A stretch of 64,000 nucleotides of DNA from a virus (lineage: Duplodnaviria; Caudoviricetes): positions 398 through 64,397 of IMG/VR virus record IMGVR_UViG_2524023245_000003. The stretch is one strand, 5' to 3'. How positions within the stretch are numbered: the stretch's first letter is position 1; every line of letters starts with the position of its first letter. Made by a program: the position numbers and the translations under genes. Below, in pieces: positions 1 through 9,184 of the stretch. The notes under the pieces are model-generated. The model did not search any database. It saw nothing but the letters and a program-made list of their open reading frames with translations, and was not told where the DNA came from.

Positions 1-74
1 TCGCGTGACGCGGCCCCCATTTCGGCAATCAGCTCGTCGGTGTCCCGCTGCTCGTGCGGCCTGCGCTTGCTCAT
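1..74 (-). CDS. Hypothetical protein, 3' truncated by window edge
   Basis: ATG at 74 preceded by GAGGAG; reads MSKRRPHEQRDTDELIAEMG off the edge. Confidence 0.5.
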   Translation of the reverse strand, partial: MSKRRPHEQRDTDELIAEMGAASR

Positions 75-196
75 GACGGCTCCGCTCCTCGGCGTGGTGG
101 TGGGTTGCCCCCGGGCCGCGCGGTGACGTGGCGCGGGCCGGGGACGGGCTCCGGGTGGCCGCGCCGGGGGCGGTCACGGCGGGCCGGAGCCGGTCT

Positions 197-463
197 TCAC
201 GCCGCATCCGGCGGCGGCGGTGCGGGCCGCAGGCGCGGGGCTGTGCGTCCCGCGTCGAGCGTGGCGAGGTCGTCGGCGAGCCAGCGGTGGCCCACGCCGT
301 GCAGCAGCAGCGTCCGGGCGCACGGCAGGCAGCCCAGCGGGACGCGCCCCGGGCCGGAGCCGCTTTCGATGTAGGCCACCGCGACCCGCTCCGGCGCGTG
401 CTCACCGCACAGGCAGCACACCCCGGCGGGTTCGATGAGGTCGTCTGCGGTGACGGCTGTCAT
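197..463 (-). CDS. Small Cys-rich hypothetical protein (CxxC...CxxC)
   Basis: MTAVTADD start overlaps upstream stop (ATGA); CCLC and CLPC motifs. Confidence 0.65.
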   Translation of the reverse strand: MTAVTADDLIEPAGVCCLCGEHAPERVAVAYIESGSGPGRVPLGCLPCARTLLLHGVGHRWLADDLATLDAGRTAPRLRPAPPPPDAA

Positions 464-888
464 GGGGTCCTCGGCTCGGTGGGGATGGTGCGCCAGGGGC
501 GGCGGATGATCTCCCGGTAGATGGTGTGGGTGGGCAGCCGTCCGCTGTGCTCGAGGGCCCAGCGTTGGGCGGCGGCGAAGTCCGTGTAGCCGGCGGAGGT
601 TTTGGCGCAGATGGTGCACTGCATGGCGTGGGTGACGGGTTCGGCGTCGGGGTGGTGGTCGGGGGTGCAGTGCCACTGGCGTGGGGGCTCTGCGGCTGGT
701 GGTGCGGGGCTGTCCAGGGGGACGTTGACCAGGAGGCGGTAGGTGATGCCGCCCTCGAAGAAGAGCAGCTTGTCCCCGCCCGGCAGGGCTCGCAGGTTGA
801 GTACGACGCGTGGGGCGCCGTAGACGCGGACGGTGTCCCCGATGTGCACCGTCTGCGCCGACACCACCGCCTCGGGCCGCCGGCTCAC
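460..888 (-). CDS. Hypothetical protein with C-terminal CxxC/H zinc-like domain typical of Streptomyces mobile elements
   Basis: GTGA overlap with upstream stop; MQCTIC...AQRWALEHSGR...PWR motif. Confidence 0.65.
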   Translation of the reverse strand: MSRRPEAVVSAQTVHIGDTVRVYGAPRVVLNLRALPGGDKLLFFEGGITYRLLVNVPLDSPAPPAAEPPRQWHCTPDHHPDAEPVTHAMQCTICAKTSAGYTDFAAAQRWALEHSGRLPTHTIYREIIRRPWRTIPTEPRTP

Positions 889-1247
889 CGCGGGGCCTCG
901 TCTTCGTCTTCGAGGTAGGCGAGGAGGGCGCGGCAGTCGGTGGTCAGGAGGAAGCAGTGCGCGTGCGCGATCACCGGCGTGGTCGCGGGCGGCCAGTCGA
1001 GGGTGTGCCGCACCATGTCCAGCCGGGAGCGCTTCTGCCACCAGGCCAGCGAGCCGTGCCACAGGTCCTCCGCCTTCGCTGCTGCCTCGGCTGCGGCTAG
1101 GAGCGCGGTGGCGTGGGCGCGTAACTCCTTCTCGAGCGGCGCCAGATCGGGTCGGCCGGGGTCGGCGAGCGCGGCCTGCGCGCGGTCTATCACCGCCCTC
1201 ACCACAGCGGCATCGGGCGGGGCAGGCACAGGTGGGGCGGGCGGCAT
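885..1247 (-). CDS. DUF6415-like protein; contains a TTA codon
   Basis: Helical protein with LRAH...L...CRALL pattern, next to an XRE regulator as is typical for this family; in-frame TTA at 1122-1124. Confidence 0.7.
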   Translation of the reverse strand: MPPAPPVPAPPDAAVVRAVIDRAQAALADPGRPDLAPLEKELRAHATALLAAAEAAAKAEDLWHGSLAWWQKRSRLDMVRHTLDWPPATTPVIAHAHCFLLTTDCRALLAYLEDEDEAPR

Positions 1248-1355
1248 CGGGCACCCCCGGGAGAGTGAGTGATCAGGTACTCACAGACCGTAGAGAAGGG
1301 TGTCGTGTGGTCACCATGACAATTTCCCGGCGCCGCACCACCAAGTATCAAGATT

Positions 1356-2552
1356 TCACAGCGGGAGCCTCACAGCGTCGGCCAACTCCCGCATCTGCGG
1401 CGTCAGCGTCCGGCGCCTCGCGACCACATCCGACATGATGTCTCGCGCGTACCGCTGCTTCCCGAGCCACTGCGGAGCATCCGTCCGGATCTCATCCAAG
1501 ATGCCTACGCACGCATCCGCTTCACGGAGCCGCAGATGGGCGTGGGCGACATCCAGCATGTGCCGATAGTGCCCGCTCTTCCCACCGCCGCGGGCTGGGC
1601 GCCAGCCCCGAACCTCCTGATGCAGAGTCAGCACCCGGTCTGGCCGCCCCTTGATCGTGGCGTGCTCCGCACGCTGTTGTACCACCGTGGAGGGCCCGAA
1701 GTGCCGCATGTAGTCCGGGCCCGTGATCACGTCGCGGCCTAGGGCCACGGCCGCCATCTGCGCCATACGCGTCGCTCGCTCCGCCTCCTTCGGGCGGTTG
1801 TCCCGCACAGCGGCGGCAGCCACACGGAGCATGAGCCCACCCCAGGCTGCCCACTCCTCCGGCCGGGCCGTCGACACGCGGGGCTCCACCTCTGCCGCCC
1901 ACCTCGTAGCCAGCTCCCCGACCACGCTCAACTGCCCCTGCGACAGCAGAGCCTGGCACTGCGAGTTGATGCTCGCGGCGCTCTCCAGCGCAGTGTCTGA
2001 CAGGCTCAGTGCCCGCTGGAGCGCGAGGTCCGCCGACTCACGCTGTCGGGCTTGCCCCAGCAGAGAGCCTGCCACCTGGTAGACCTGCACGCGCAAAGGG
2101 CGAGCTTCCGGCACATCGGCCAGAGCCTCCGCGTCCCGGATCAGCGCGGGCAGCAGCCCGGCCAGTTCGGCGTATCGCTCCGTTGCGAAAAGGGCGCGGG
2201 CGCCAGCGAGTGTGCCGGCCACTCCGACCTGCGTGGGTTGCTCGTCGCCCTGCTGAGCGGGCGGTGTTTCCAGAGCCCGGCTCACCTGACGCCACGGCGA
2301 GGCGGCTGGTTCAGCGGAGTGCGCTGCGTCGTGCCCGTCCCTGCTCACCAGGTCAGAGGTGGCGACATCGAGGGCGACGGCGAGACGGTGGGCGGTTTCC
2401 AGGCGAGTGTTCAGCAGCTCCCCCTGCTCCAGCTTGCTGACCAGGGACAGAGAGACGCCGGATGCACGAGCCAGCTCCCTCTGGCTCATTCCGCGCCTTT
2501 TCCGGGCTCCTCGAATTCGGGCGCCGATGTGCGTGTCACTGCTTTCGGGCAT
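1356..2552 (-). CDS. XRE-family HTH regulator with large helical (TPR-like) C-terminal domain
   Basis: IGARIRGARKRRGMSQRELARASGVSLSLVSKLEQG; RBS GAGGAG before ATG 2552. Confidence 0.9.
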   Translation of the reverse strand: MPESSDTHIGARIRGARKRRGMSQRELARASGVSLSLVSKLEQGELLNTRLETAHRLAVALDVATSDLVSRDGHDAAHSAEPAASPWRQVSRALETPPAQQGDEQPTQVGVAGTLAGARALFATERYAELAGLLPALIRDAEALADVPEARPLRVQVYQVAGSLLGQARQRESADLALQRALSLSDTALESAASINSQCQALLSQGQLSVVGELATRWAAEVEPRVSTARPEEWAAWGGLMLRVAAAAVRDNRPKEAERATRMAQMAAVALGRDVITGPDYMRHFGPSTVVQQRAEHATIKGRPDRVLTLHQEVRGWRPARGGGKSGHYRHMLDVAHAHLRLREADACVGILDEIRTDAPQWLGKQRYARDIMSDVVARRRTLTPQMRELADAVRLPL

Positions 2553-2671
2553 ACTGGTGCTCCTCGTTCTGGTGTCGGGCAGACACCCAGAACGGTACGC
2601 CCGCCCCGCAGTTGGGTGGTAGCGATCGGCCCTCACCTCACCCGGTGGGGGCCTTCGCCATGCCCGGCGCG

Positions 2672-3139
2672 TCAGCCGAGCGCGCGGTCTGGCCGGCACA
2701 CGTCGCAGGCCGCCGCCTGGCCCTCCTGGTGCGCCTGCTCCGCCTCCGCCGCCGTGATCCGCCGCATCTCCCCGTGCGCCTGCCAGCAGTCCGCGCGGTG
2801 CAGCCACCACGCCGGGCCATCCGCGGTGGGCATCCGCACCCGCGCGAGCAGCCACTGGCGGCCAGCCACCGCACCCGTGGTCGGCAGCGCGCCGTACCGC
2901 TCACCCGGGATGGGGGTGATGTGCTGCTCGTGCACGGTGATCGCGGTCGGCGCCGCCGTCGGTCGCGCGGCGCCGTCCGCGTCCTGCCACCGGTCCGGCA
3001 GCAGCACCTCGCAGGCGTACCACCAGGCCCCGTCAGGGGTGCGCTCCCGGCTGGTGACGATGACGTCCAGGGTCTGGCCGTCCGGGAGGGTGGCGCGGGC
3101 CCACGGCCCCGCACGCTCCCGCCAGCTGTCCCCGGTCAT
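2672..3139 (-). CDS. DUF6233-like protein
   Basis: C-terminal LHRADC...ACDVCRPDRALG signature. Confidence 0.8.
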   Translation of the reverse strand: MTGDSWRERAGPWARATLPDGQTLDVIVTSRERTPDGAWWYACEVLLPDRWQDADGAARPTAAPTAITVHEQHITPIPGERYGALPTTGAVAGRQWLLARVRMPTADGPAWWLHRADCWQAHGEMRRITAAEAEQAHQEGQAAACDVCRPDRALG

Positions 3140-3144
3140 CACGA

Positions 3145-3164
3145 TGTTCGATATTAGTTCGAAT
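3145..3164. promoter_or_regulatory. Degenerate LexA/SOS-box-like site between divergent genes
   Basis: AT-rich tgTTCGATATTAGTTCGAat; one perfect GTTCGA half-site of the actinobacterial TCGAAC-N4-GTTCGA box, other half imperfect. Confidence 0.4.
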
Positions 3165-3191
3165 GCAGTCCAGGGTGCCCGGTGGGCCAGG

Positions 3192-3395
3192 ATGACCCTC
3201 ATGGGATTCAGGCTGATGCCGCTGTACGGCGGCCCGCTGGACGGGCAGGAGCTGGACGCGTCCGCGCTGACGGATGCCGAGCTGCGCGAAGGGCTCGCGC
3301 TCATCGCCGAGGCGGGCACGTTCGGCCCTGGCGGGCGGGCGCTGTACTCCCTCGCGGAGGACGGGTGCATGCGGTGGGACGGGGACGTGCCGTGA
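3192..3395 (+). CDS. Small hypothetical protein (YGGPLDG motif)
   Basis: GGPLDG...GGRALY...WDGDVP pattern common in actinophage small proteins; start could be 3201. Confidence 0.65.
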   Translation: MTLMGFRLMPLYGGPLDGQELDASALTDAELREGLALIAEAGTFGPGGRALYSLAEDGCMRWDGDVP

Positions 3396-3400
3396 ACGGG

Positions 3401-3430
3401 TTGACACCTTGCAGCACGTGATGCAAGGAT
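3401..3430 (+). promoter_or_regulatory. Sigma70-type promoter overlapped by a 22-bp palindromic operator
   Basis: TTGACA (3401-3406), 18-nt spacer, AAGGAT; palindrome CCTTGCAGCACGTGATGCAAGG at 3407-3428. Confidence 0.7.
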
Positions 3431-3480
3431 TGGGTCATCGCCAAGGGCAACCGCCCAAGGCACAGGAGAAGGAGCCTCCC

Positions 3481-3912
3481 ATGACCACCACCCGCAGCGA
3501 CGTCCGCCACCAGGTCGCCACCGCCACCGACGCATCCGAGGGCACCTACGACGTCGACGCCATCGTCGCCGACATCATCGAGCAGCACGGCGCCGTCGAC
3601 ATCGACACCCTCGACCACGACGAGTTCTGGGCGACCGTCGGAAAGCACGCCACCGACGACACCGCGCACTACGCCATTGAGGTATCCGACGACGGCGTCA
3701 CCTGGCAGGCCGAGAAGGACGAGGCGCACGGCGCCCTCGCCCTGGATGGCGAGGCGCCGCAGACCGTCGCCGCCGACCTGCTGGACGACCGGATCACCGA
3801 CCTCCGCAACGCAGGCAGCCAGCCCGGCCCCATGCGCGTGATGATCTGGGAGAGCAAGGACTCGGCCGACAGCGGGGCGGACCCGATCGCGGTCGCCACC
3901 CACCAGATCTGA
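3481..3912 (+). CDS. Acidic hypothetical protein
   Basis: AGGAG RBS, high-GC3 coding frame. Confidence 0.8.
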   Translation: MTTTRSDVRHQVATATDASEGTYDVDAIVADIIEQHGAVDIDTLDHDEFWATVGKHATDDTAHYAIEVSDDGVTWQAEKDEAHGALALDGEAPQTVAADLLDDRITDLRNAGSQPGPMRVMIWESKDSADSGADPIAVATHQI

Positions 3913-3987
3913 CCCCCAGCGCAGCGAGCGGCCCGCCACCCGACGCATCCGGGGGCGGGCCGCTCCAGCACGGAAGGAGCCCGCACC

Positions 3988-4212
3988 ATGCCCGACGATA
4001 CGCCCGAGCCTGAGCTGTGGGACGTCCAGCAGGTAGCCGCCTACCTGGGCGTACAGCCCGGCTCCGCACGCGGCCAGCTCACCCGCTGGCGCATCCCCCG
4101 CACACACCGCGTCGGCCCCGACGGCCGCGCCCGCGCCTACGTTCACGCCGACGCCGTACGCGCCGCCCACGCCGCACGCCCCGGCCAAGGCGTCCGCCCC
4201 AACCGCACCTGA
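3988..4212 (+). CDS. Small HTH DNA-binding protein (excisionase/MerR-like)
   Basis: LWDVQQVAAYLGVQPGSARGQLTRW and C-terminal RPGQGVR; AAGGAG RBS. Confidence 0.8.
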   Translation: MPDDTPEPELWDVQQVAAYLGVQPGSARGQLTRWRIPRTHRVGPDGRARAYVHADAVRAAHAARPGQGVRPNRT

Positions 4213-4230
4213 CCCCGGACGCACGAACGC

Positions 4231-4264
4231 GCCCCCGCCGCCTGCCGAAGCAGGTGGCGGGGGC
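4231..4264. terminator. Bidirectional intrinsic terminator between convergent genes
   Basis: GCCCCCGCCGCCTGC-CGAA-GCAGGTGGCGGGGGC hairpin. Confidence 0.75.
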
Positions 4265-4273
4265 ACGGTGCGT

Positions 4274-4993
4274 CTACGGGTATTGGCGTCGTGTCGGGTC
4301 CAGCGCGCGGGCCTCGGGCGTGCCGGGGTCGCCTGCCGGGGGCGCGCCGTCGCGGCGGCACACCAGCGCATCCGGATCACCGGCCGGGGCCTGGAGGCTG
4401 TAGCCGTCCGGGCATGCCGGGCCCGGCTCCCCAGCGGGACCGCGCTCACCTGCGGGACCCTGCTCGCCAGCCGGGCCGCGATCTCCGGTCGGCCCCGGCG
4501 GGCCAGCCGGACCGGTCTCGCCCTGGGGTCCGTCGACGCCGTCCTGCCCGTCGGCGCCGTCAGTGCCGGGGTCTCCGGCCGGGCCCGACTCCCCGTCGCT
4601 GCCGGACCGGCCCTCACCGCCCTCGGCACCGGGCGTACCGGGCTTGCCCGAGGGGCCGCGCCCGCCCGGCTTCCCGTCTGATCCGGGTGGGCCGGGGATC
4701 GGCACCGGAACCTCCGCCCGCTCCGGCAAATCCGCCACCGCCTCCGCCGGGTCCGGCGCGTCCGGCACCTCACCGTCCGCCTTCAGCTGGGCGCGGAGCG
4801 TCCGCACGTCCGTGGCCAGAGTGGAGACGGCGGTACCGCGCCGGTCCGCTTCCGTCCGCAGCTCGTCCGCCCGTCTGGCTTCCTGGTCCACCCGCACCCA
4901 CACCACCGTCACCGCCCCGCCCAAGAAGAGCAGCGCCGCGACGATGTACAGCAGCCACCTTCGGCGGTACAGCATGTGCTCCGCGCGCGTCAC
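4274..4993 (-). CDS. Membrane-anchored collagen-like protein of the lysis cassette
   Basis: N-terminal TM helix, coiled coil, about 31 Gly-X-Y triplets, C-terminal C...C loop. Confidence 0.88.
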
Positions 4994-5256
4994 GGCGTCC
5001 CCCCGAGCTGCTGCACCAGCAGACGCAGCCGCGCGATCTCCAGCTCCAGCGTCGCGACCTTCGTCTCCGCCGCCGCCTGATCCCGCTCAGCCTTGTCCCG
5101 CTCAGCCGTCAGCCGGCCGGTGAGACTGTCGTATCCGGTGATCACTCCGCCCTCCCGCTGTGCCCGCCCGGCGAGCCGGGAGCCGTACACCGCCGCCGCC
5201 GCGGCCACCGGCGAGGCCAGCAGAGCACCTATCGCCGTGACCATGGCAGCGTCCAT
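4990..5256 (-). CDS. Small TM plus coiled-coil lysis-cassette protein
   Basis: Hydrophobic N-terminus, heptad-rich C-terminus, downstream of holin. Confidence 0.8.
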   Translation of the reverse strand: MDAAMVTAIGALLASPVAAAAAVYGSRLAGRAQREGGVITGYDSLTGRLTAERDKAERDQAAAETKVATLELEIARLRLLVQQLGGTP

Positions 5257-5287
5257 ACGCCCTCCCGGCCGCGCTCATCGGACAGGA

Positions 5288-5539
5288 TCAGACCCGGGGC
5301 GCCGCAGAGGCGCTCTGCCGGTCGCCGATCAGCCGGGACGCCAGGCCCTTCACCAGCGATCCGGCGGCAGCTACCCCCGCCGCGCCGACGGTCTCCCAGA
5401 AGCTCGCCGAGAACATGTCGGCGGGGCCGGCGGCTACGGCCACACCGGCAGCGGCCACCACGAAGGTGGAGGCGACGCGCTCGGCCAGGTCCACGGCGTA
5501 AGTACGGGCGCTGCGGAGGATAGTGGTAGGCGTGCTCAT
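5288..5539 (-). CDS. Holin (r1t-like)
   Basis: DLAERVASTF motif, two TM helices, directly after endolysin. Confidence 0.85.
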   Translation of the reverse strand: MSTPTTILRSARTYAVDLAERVASTFVVAAAGVAVAAGPADMFSASFWETVGAAGVAAAGSLVKGLASRLIGDRQSASAAPRV

Positions 5540-5541
5540 GG

Positions 5542-6507
5542 TCAGTTCTCCTTCGTCAGGGTGTCGCCGAGGCGGTCGAGGGCAGCTCGGGCGCCCGCTT
5601 CCGCAGCGGCGGTGATCTCGGCGGCGGTGAGCCCGCCGCCCGCGGCGAGCCGCTCCAGGACCGCGTCCCGGGCGGCACCCCGCGCGGCCAGCTCGGCCAC
5701 GGCGGCCTGGAGGCCCTTGACCCGGCTGCGGGTCTCCCGCGCCACCTCACCGACGTGCCGCAGCACGCTCTCCGGCGCCCACTCGGGGTTGGTGTCCGTG
5801 GCCCACGGCACGGTGAAGAACCCGTCCCTGCGCCACACCCGCTCCGCGATCAGGTCCGCATCTGCCCTGCTGATGGCCATGTCCTCGTCCTCCTGGTCTG
5901 TGTCTCCGCCCCAGCCGGGCGCGTGCTTGAGCCGCGCGGCCACATCCCGGCGGAAGGTGGCCATACTGAAGGTGGGGTCGATCTTGCGGCGGGTGCCTTC
6001 CTTGTGGCCGATCACGCTGTCCGCCGACCACTTGTGCGCCCGGCAGATCGCCGCAGCCCAGCGCACCGCCTGGTCGTACTGCACCGCCGGGTACGGGTCC
6101 TTCCCGTCACCGCGGTTCTCGATCTCGATGCCGTAGTAGTGCCGGTTACCGTCGACCGGCTCGGCCGCGTCGGGCCGCGGATGGGTGGACGACTCGGCGA
6201 CCACGGCGTCGTGCGCGTTCCGCGCGAACGTGCCCGCGTGGTTCGCCCGGCCCGCGCTGAGCATGGTGGCGGTGCCGTCCTTCGCCAGGTGGGTGTGGCA
6301 CAACGGACCCGGCAGCGAGCTGGTGCCCGACCAGCAGAGCGCCAGCGAATCCCGCCCGGCCGTGTGGTGGATGACCAGCCCGTTCACCCCGCCCCACGCA
6401 CCCTTGTGGTTCCGGTCGTGACTGCGCCAGCCCGAGCGCTCCTTCACGCGCACGCCCTCAGTCTTGAGCGCCGCCAGCAGCGCGGACGCGGACAACGGTG
6501 TAGCCAT
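5542..6507 (-). CDS. Endolysin, N-acetylmuramoyl-L-alanine amidase
   Basis: IHHTA, GRANHAG, YGIEIEN, VIGHKE...KIDP amidase_2 motifs. Confidence 0.95.
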   Translation of the reverse strand: MATPLSASALLAALKTEGVRVKERSGWRSHDRNHKGAWGGVNGLVIHHTAGRDSLALCWSGTSSLPGPLCHTHLAKDGTATMLSAGRANHAGTFARNAHDAVVAESSTHPRPDAAEPVDGNRHYYGIEIENRGDGKDPYPAVQYDQAVRWAAAICRAHKWSADSVIGHKEGTRRKIDPTFSMATFRRDVAARLKHAPGWGGDTDQEDEDMAISRADADLIAERVWRRDGFFTVPWATDTNPEWAPESVLRHVGEVARETRSRVKGLQAAVAELAARGAARDAVLERLAAGGGLTAAEITAAAEAGARAALDRLGDTLTKEN

Positions 6508-6516
6508 AGCGACTCC

Positions 6517-6852
6517 TCATGTGGCGGTCTTGGGTGGCGCCCCGGGTGGTGGCGGGGGTGCGGGCGTGCTGCCCTTGATCCACTGGACGACGGTGCCCAC
6601 CGTGGCCGTATCCAGCGCCGCCAGGGCGGTCACCGCGGCGGTATCCCGGGGCGCCAGGCGCACATCGGCGGCCTGGAGCGCGTCCAGGAGCATCCCCTCG
6701 TGGGTGTCCTCCCGCACGCTGTCGCGGCGGCGTTCGCGGCGGGCAGCCGCGCGGCCCCTCGTGGGTGCCGGGCCGCGGTTGAGGTCATGGAGGGTGCCCT
6801 GGTCGGCCGCCGGGGCTGCCCGTGGGCGGATCGGTGCAGGCTGGGCGGGCAT
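6517..6852 (-). CDS. Hypothetical protein
   Basis: GGAG RBS before ATG 6852; fills the gap between tail and lysis genes. Confidence 0.6.
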   Translation of the reverse strand: MPAQPAPIRPRAAPAADQGTLHDLNRGPAPTRGRAAARRERRRDSVREDTHEGMLLDALQAADVRLAPRDTAAVTALAALDTATVGTVVQWIKGSTPAPPPPPGAPPKTAT

Positions 6853-6863
6853 GAGATCTCCCA

Positions 6864-7475
6864 TCACAGGCTGTAGAAGCATCCGTTGAGGCTGATCCAG
6901 GGCGGCTTGTCATTCGTGCCGGTGCCGATGACGGCCAAGTGCCCGCCCGGCTGCGCGTCCAGCTTGAGTGAGGTCACCACGGACGAGAGCACCGAGCACG
7001 GCACACCGTTCGTCCGCAGGGTGGTGGGGCGGGCGGCCGTCGGCAGCGCTGTGGACGTCAGCAGTCCGCCGTTCGGCAGCGAGCCCGACGGATAGGTCAG
7101 GCCGACCCCGCCGCGGAGCATCACAGTCCGCTCCCCGAAGAGGTTGACGATGCGGTACTGGGCGGGGCCGTTGTCGTTTCCGTTATGGGAGTAGCCGGAC
7201 GCCAGCGGGATCGTCGTCCAGGCCTGCGTGCCCGCCGCGAGGACCACCCAGCCGGTGCCGTCGTACCCGGTGAAAATCTTCTCCGCGGTGCACCAGGCGA
7301 CCATGCCCGCGATCGGGCTGGTCAGGGTCGCGTTGCGCTCGGCGGCGTCCGCGAAGCGCATCACCGAGCGGGGTACCAGGCCGTCGGCGAGGTCGCGGGT
7401 AAGTCTGCTGGCATCCGGTGCATCAGTGAGCACGGCGAGCTGGACGCCCTGCCCGTAGTCGTCTGTGGTGGGCAC
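6864..7475 (-). CDS. Minor tail protein
   Basis: FADAAERNA...GMVAW motif plus LPTAARP...WISLNG C-terminal domain; synteny. Confidence 0.8.
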   Translation of the reverse strand: MPTTDDYGQGVQLAVLTDAPDASRLTRDLADGLVPRSVMRFADAAERNATLTSPIAGMVAWCTAEKIFTGYDGTGWVVLAAGTQAWTTIPLASGYSHNGNDNGPAQYRIVNLFGERTVMLRGGVGLTYPSGSLPNGGLLTSTALPTAARPTTLRTNGVPCSVLSSVVTSLKLDAQPGGHLAVIGTGTNDKPPWISLNGCFYSL

Positions 7476-7484
7476 GCGGCCCTC

Positions 7485-8084
7485 CTAGTCCAGGTAGTAG
7501 GTCCAGCCGTCCAGGCACACCCAGGTCGGCGGAGACGTCGATTCGAAAGTGCGCAGGCTGCGGGTGCCGGTGGCGATGGCCAGGCGCACCACGGCCGGGG
7601 AGACCGTCGAGTTCCGCACCCCCGCGTAGCCGATCTCGCCGGTGCTGGTGGGCACGATGTCGGTGGGGAGGGTCGCGAGTGTCGCGCCGCTGGCGATGGT
7701 GCCGCTGGTCGGCTCGATACGGCCGCGCAGCGTGATGCGTCGGCCCTCCCGCAGGTATGCGGCGGTGTAGCCGTGGCCGGGCCACCGGTAGCCGGCGGCG
7801 AGGGTGAGGGGCGTCCAGGCGCCGGGGCCGTCGTCGGTGGGGCCGATCGCGAGCCAACTGCCGGACCCGTTCCGGGTGATGACGATGATGTCGCCGACGG
7901 CGGGCAGGGGGTAGGTGGGCAGGCGGCGGGCGCGGATCTGCCCGCAGTCCACCGTCCCGTCCGACCCCACGGCGGTGACCGTGTTGAGGTGCCAGTCGGC
8001 GCCGCGCACCGCCGGGGTGCTCTCGCCCTGGTGGCGGGCCGCGCCCGCGATGGCTGACGCCAGAGAAGCGCTGCTGCTGGTCAT
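7485..8084 (-). CDS. Minor tail protein
   Basis: OB-like N-terminus (PAVGDIIVI), C-terminal ATLP...WVCLDG domain; ATGA overlap. Confidence 0.8.
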   Translation of the reverse strand: MTSSSASLASAIAGAARHQGESTPAVRGADWHLNTVTAVGSDGTVDCGQIRARRLPTYPLPAVGDIIVITRNGSGSWLAIGPTDDGPGAWTPLTLAAGYRWPGHGYTAAYLREGRRITLRGRIEPTSGTIASGATLATLPTDIVPTSTGEIGYAGVRNSTVSPAVVRLAIATGTRSLRTFESTSPPTWVCLDGWTYYLD

Positions 8085-9184
8085 GCGTCCTCCTTGCCGC
8101 CGATGAGCTGAATGTCGAAAGCGCCGCCCGGGGACAGGTCGAGGGTGAAGGCTTCGACCTGGTAGAGGGTGCGGCGGCCGTCTCCGTGCACGGCGCGCAG
8201 GACATCCCCGGGGGCGAGCAGAGGATTGGGCAGGCTGGAGAGGTCGGCGGTGTAGGCCGCCTTCACGCCGTCCCGCAAAAGTTTGTTCGCGGCGCCCTGC
8301 GCCGCGTTGGTGGTGGTGAGAGTGGGCGAGGAGTAGAAGTGCGGCACGCGCCCGAAAGGCCCGTCGACCCAGGTCGGTGACGTGGGGTCCTCGTCCTGCG
8401 CCATCGCCGACACCGGCGGGGTATCCGTCTCCGTGTTCTCGCCGGTGGCGACGACGATGTTGTAGATGCCGGTGCGGGACCAGCCGCGGGACACGGAGAT
8501 CAGCGCCCCGCCCTCGCCCGCCGCGACTTCCCACGCCACCGGAGCGGTCAGCAGATCCGGCAACTCCGCGATCACGAATTGGCCGTCCGCATCGCAGAAG
8601 GCCTCGGCGCCGACGGCGGTCGCCAGTTCCTGCACGGCCGTCCACCGGTCCGCCTGCGCGTCCCATGTGCGGGGCCCCAGCGGCTCGTCGGAGACGCTGG
8701 AGGTGATCACCGCGTCCGGGAGTGTCCCGCGGATCAGGCCGGTGATCGCGGTGACCGCCGCTGATGCGGCCCGCGTCGAATACGGCGCGGTGAACTTGTC
8801 GTCCGCGATGCTCGACTCGAGGCCGGAGGCGGTGAGGGTGACCGGGCCGGTGTCCGGATCGCCCTCCAGCGAGTCAAGGCGGCCGGTGAAGACCGGCACC
8901 AGCTCCGGCTCCTCCCACCCCGGATACCGGATACCGGAGAGGATGCGAACCCGGCACCCGGCGACCGCGAGGAACTCGGCCGGGCCATACGGCAGGAGGC
9001 CCGGGTCGGGAAGTTCCACTGTCGCGGTGCGGCGCACCGCCTGCCCCCGGTCGACCGTCACGCTGCCCCCGGTGTGCGGCAGGACGTCCACCCGCCCATC
9101 GGGCCAGTGCAGCTCCACCCGGGAGGCCAGCACATGCGACTCGGTCAGCGCCGCGAGAAATCGCGGTGAGGGCGGCGGATACAT
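8081..9184 (-). CDS. Tail hub/minor tail protein (DUF5047-like)
   Basis: GGSVTVDRGQAVRRTA, GPFGRVP, PNPLLAPGD motifs; position after distal tail gene. Confidence 0.85.
   Translation of the reverse strand: MYPPPSPRFLAALTESHVLASRVELHWPDGRVDVLPHTGGSVTVDRGQAVRRTATVELPDPGLLPYGPAEFLAVAGCRVRILSGIRYPGWEEPELVPVFTGRLDSLEGDPDTGPVTLTASGLESSIADDKFTAPYSTRAASAAVTAITGLIRGTLPDAVITSSVSDEPLGPRTWDAQADRWTAVQELATAVGAEAFCDADGQFVIAELPDLLTAPVAWEVAAGEGGALISVSRGWSRTGIYNIVVATGENTETDTPPVSAMAQDEDPTSPTWVDGPFGRVPHFYSSPTLTTTNAAQGAANKLLRDGVKAAYTADLSSLPNPLLAPGDVLRAVHGDGRRTLYQVEAFTLDLSPGGAFDIQLIGGKEDA

Noticed and set aside
1-200. Prophage att site at the left edge (and after the integrase)
   Set aside because: A phage-like gene runs off the left edge and the window ends at the integrase stop; no matching direct repeat was found
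4380-4700. Tandem DNA repeat region
   Set aside because: Periodicity is explained by Gly-X-Y collagen coding, not by a DNA-level repeat
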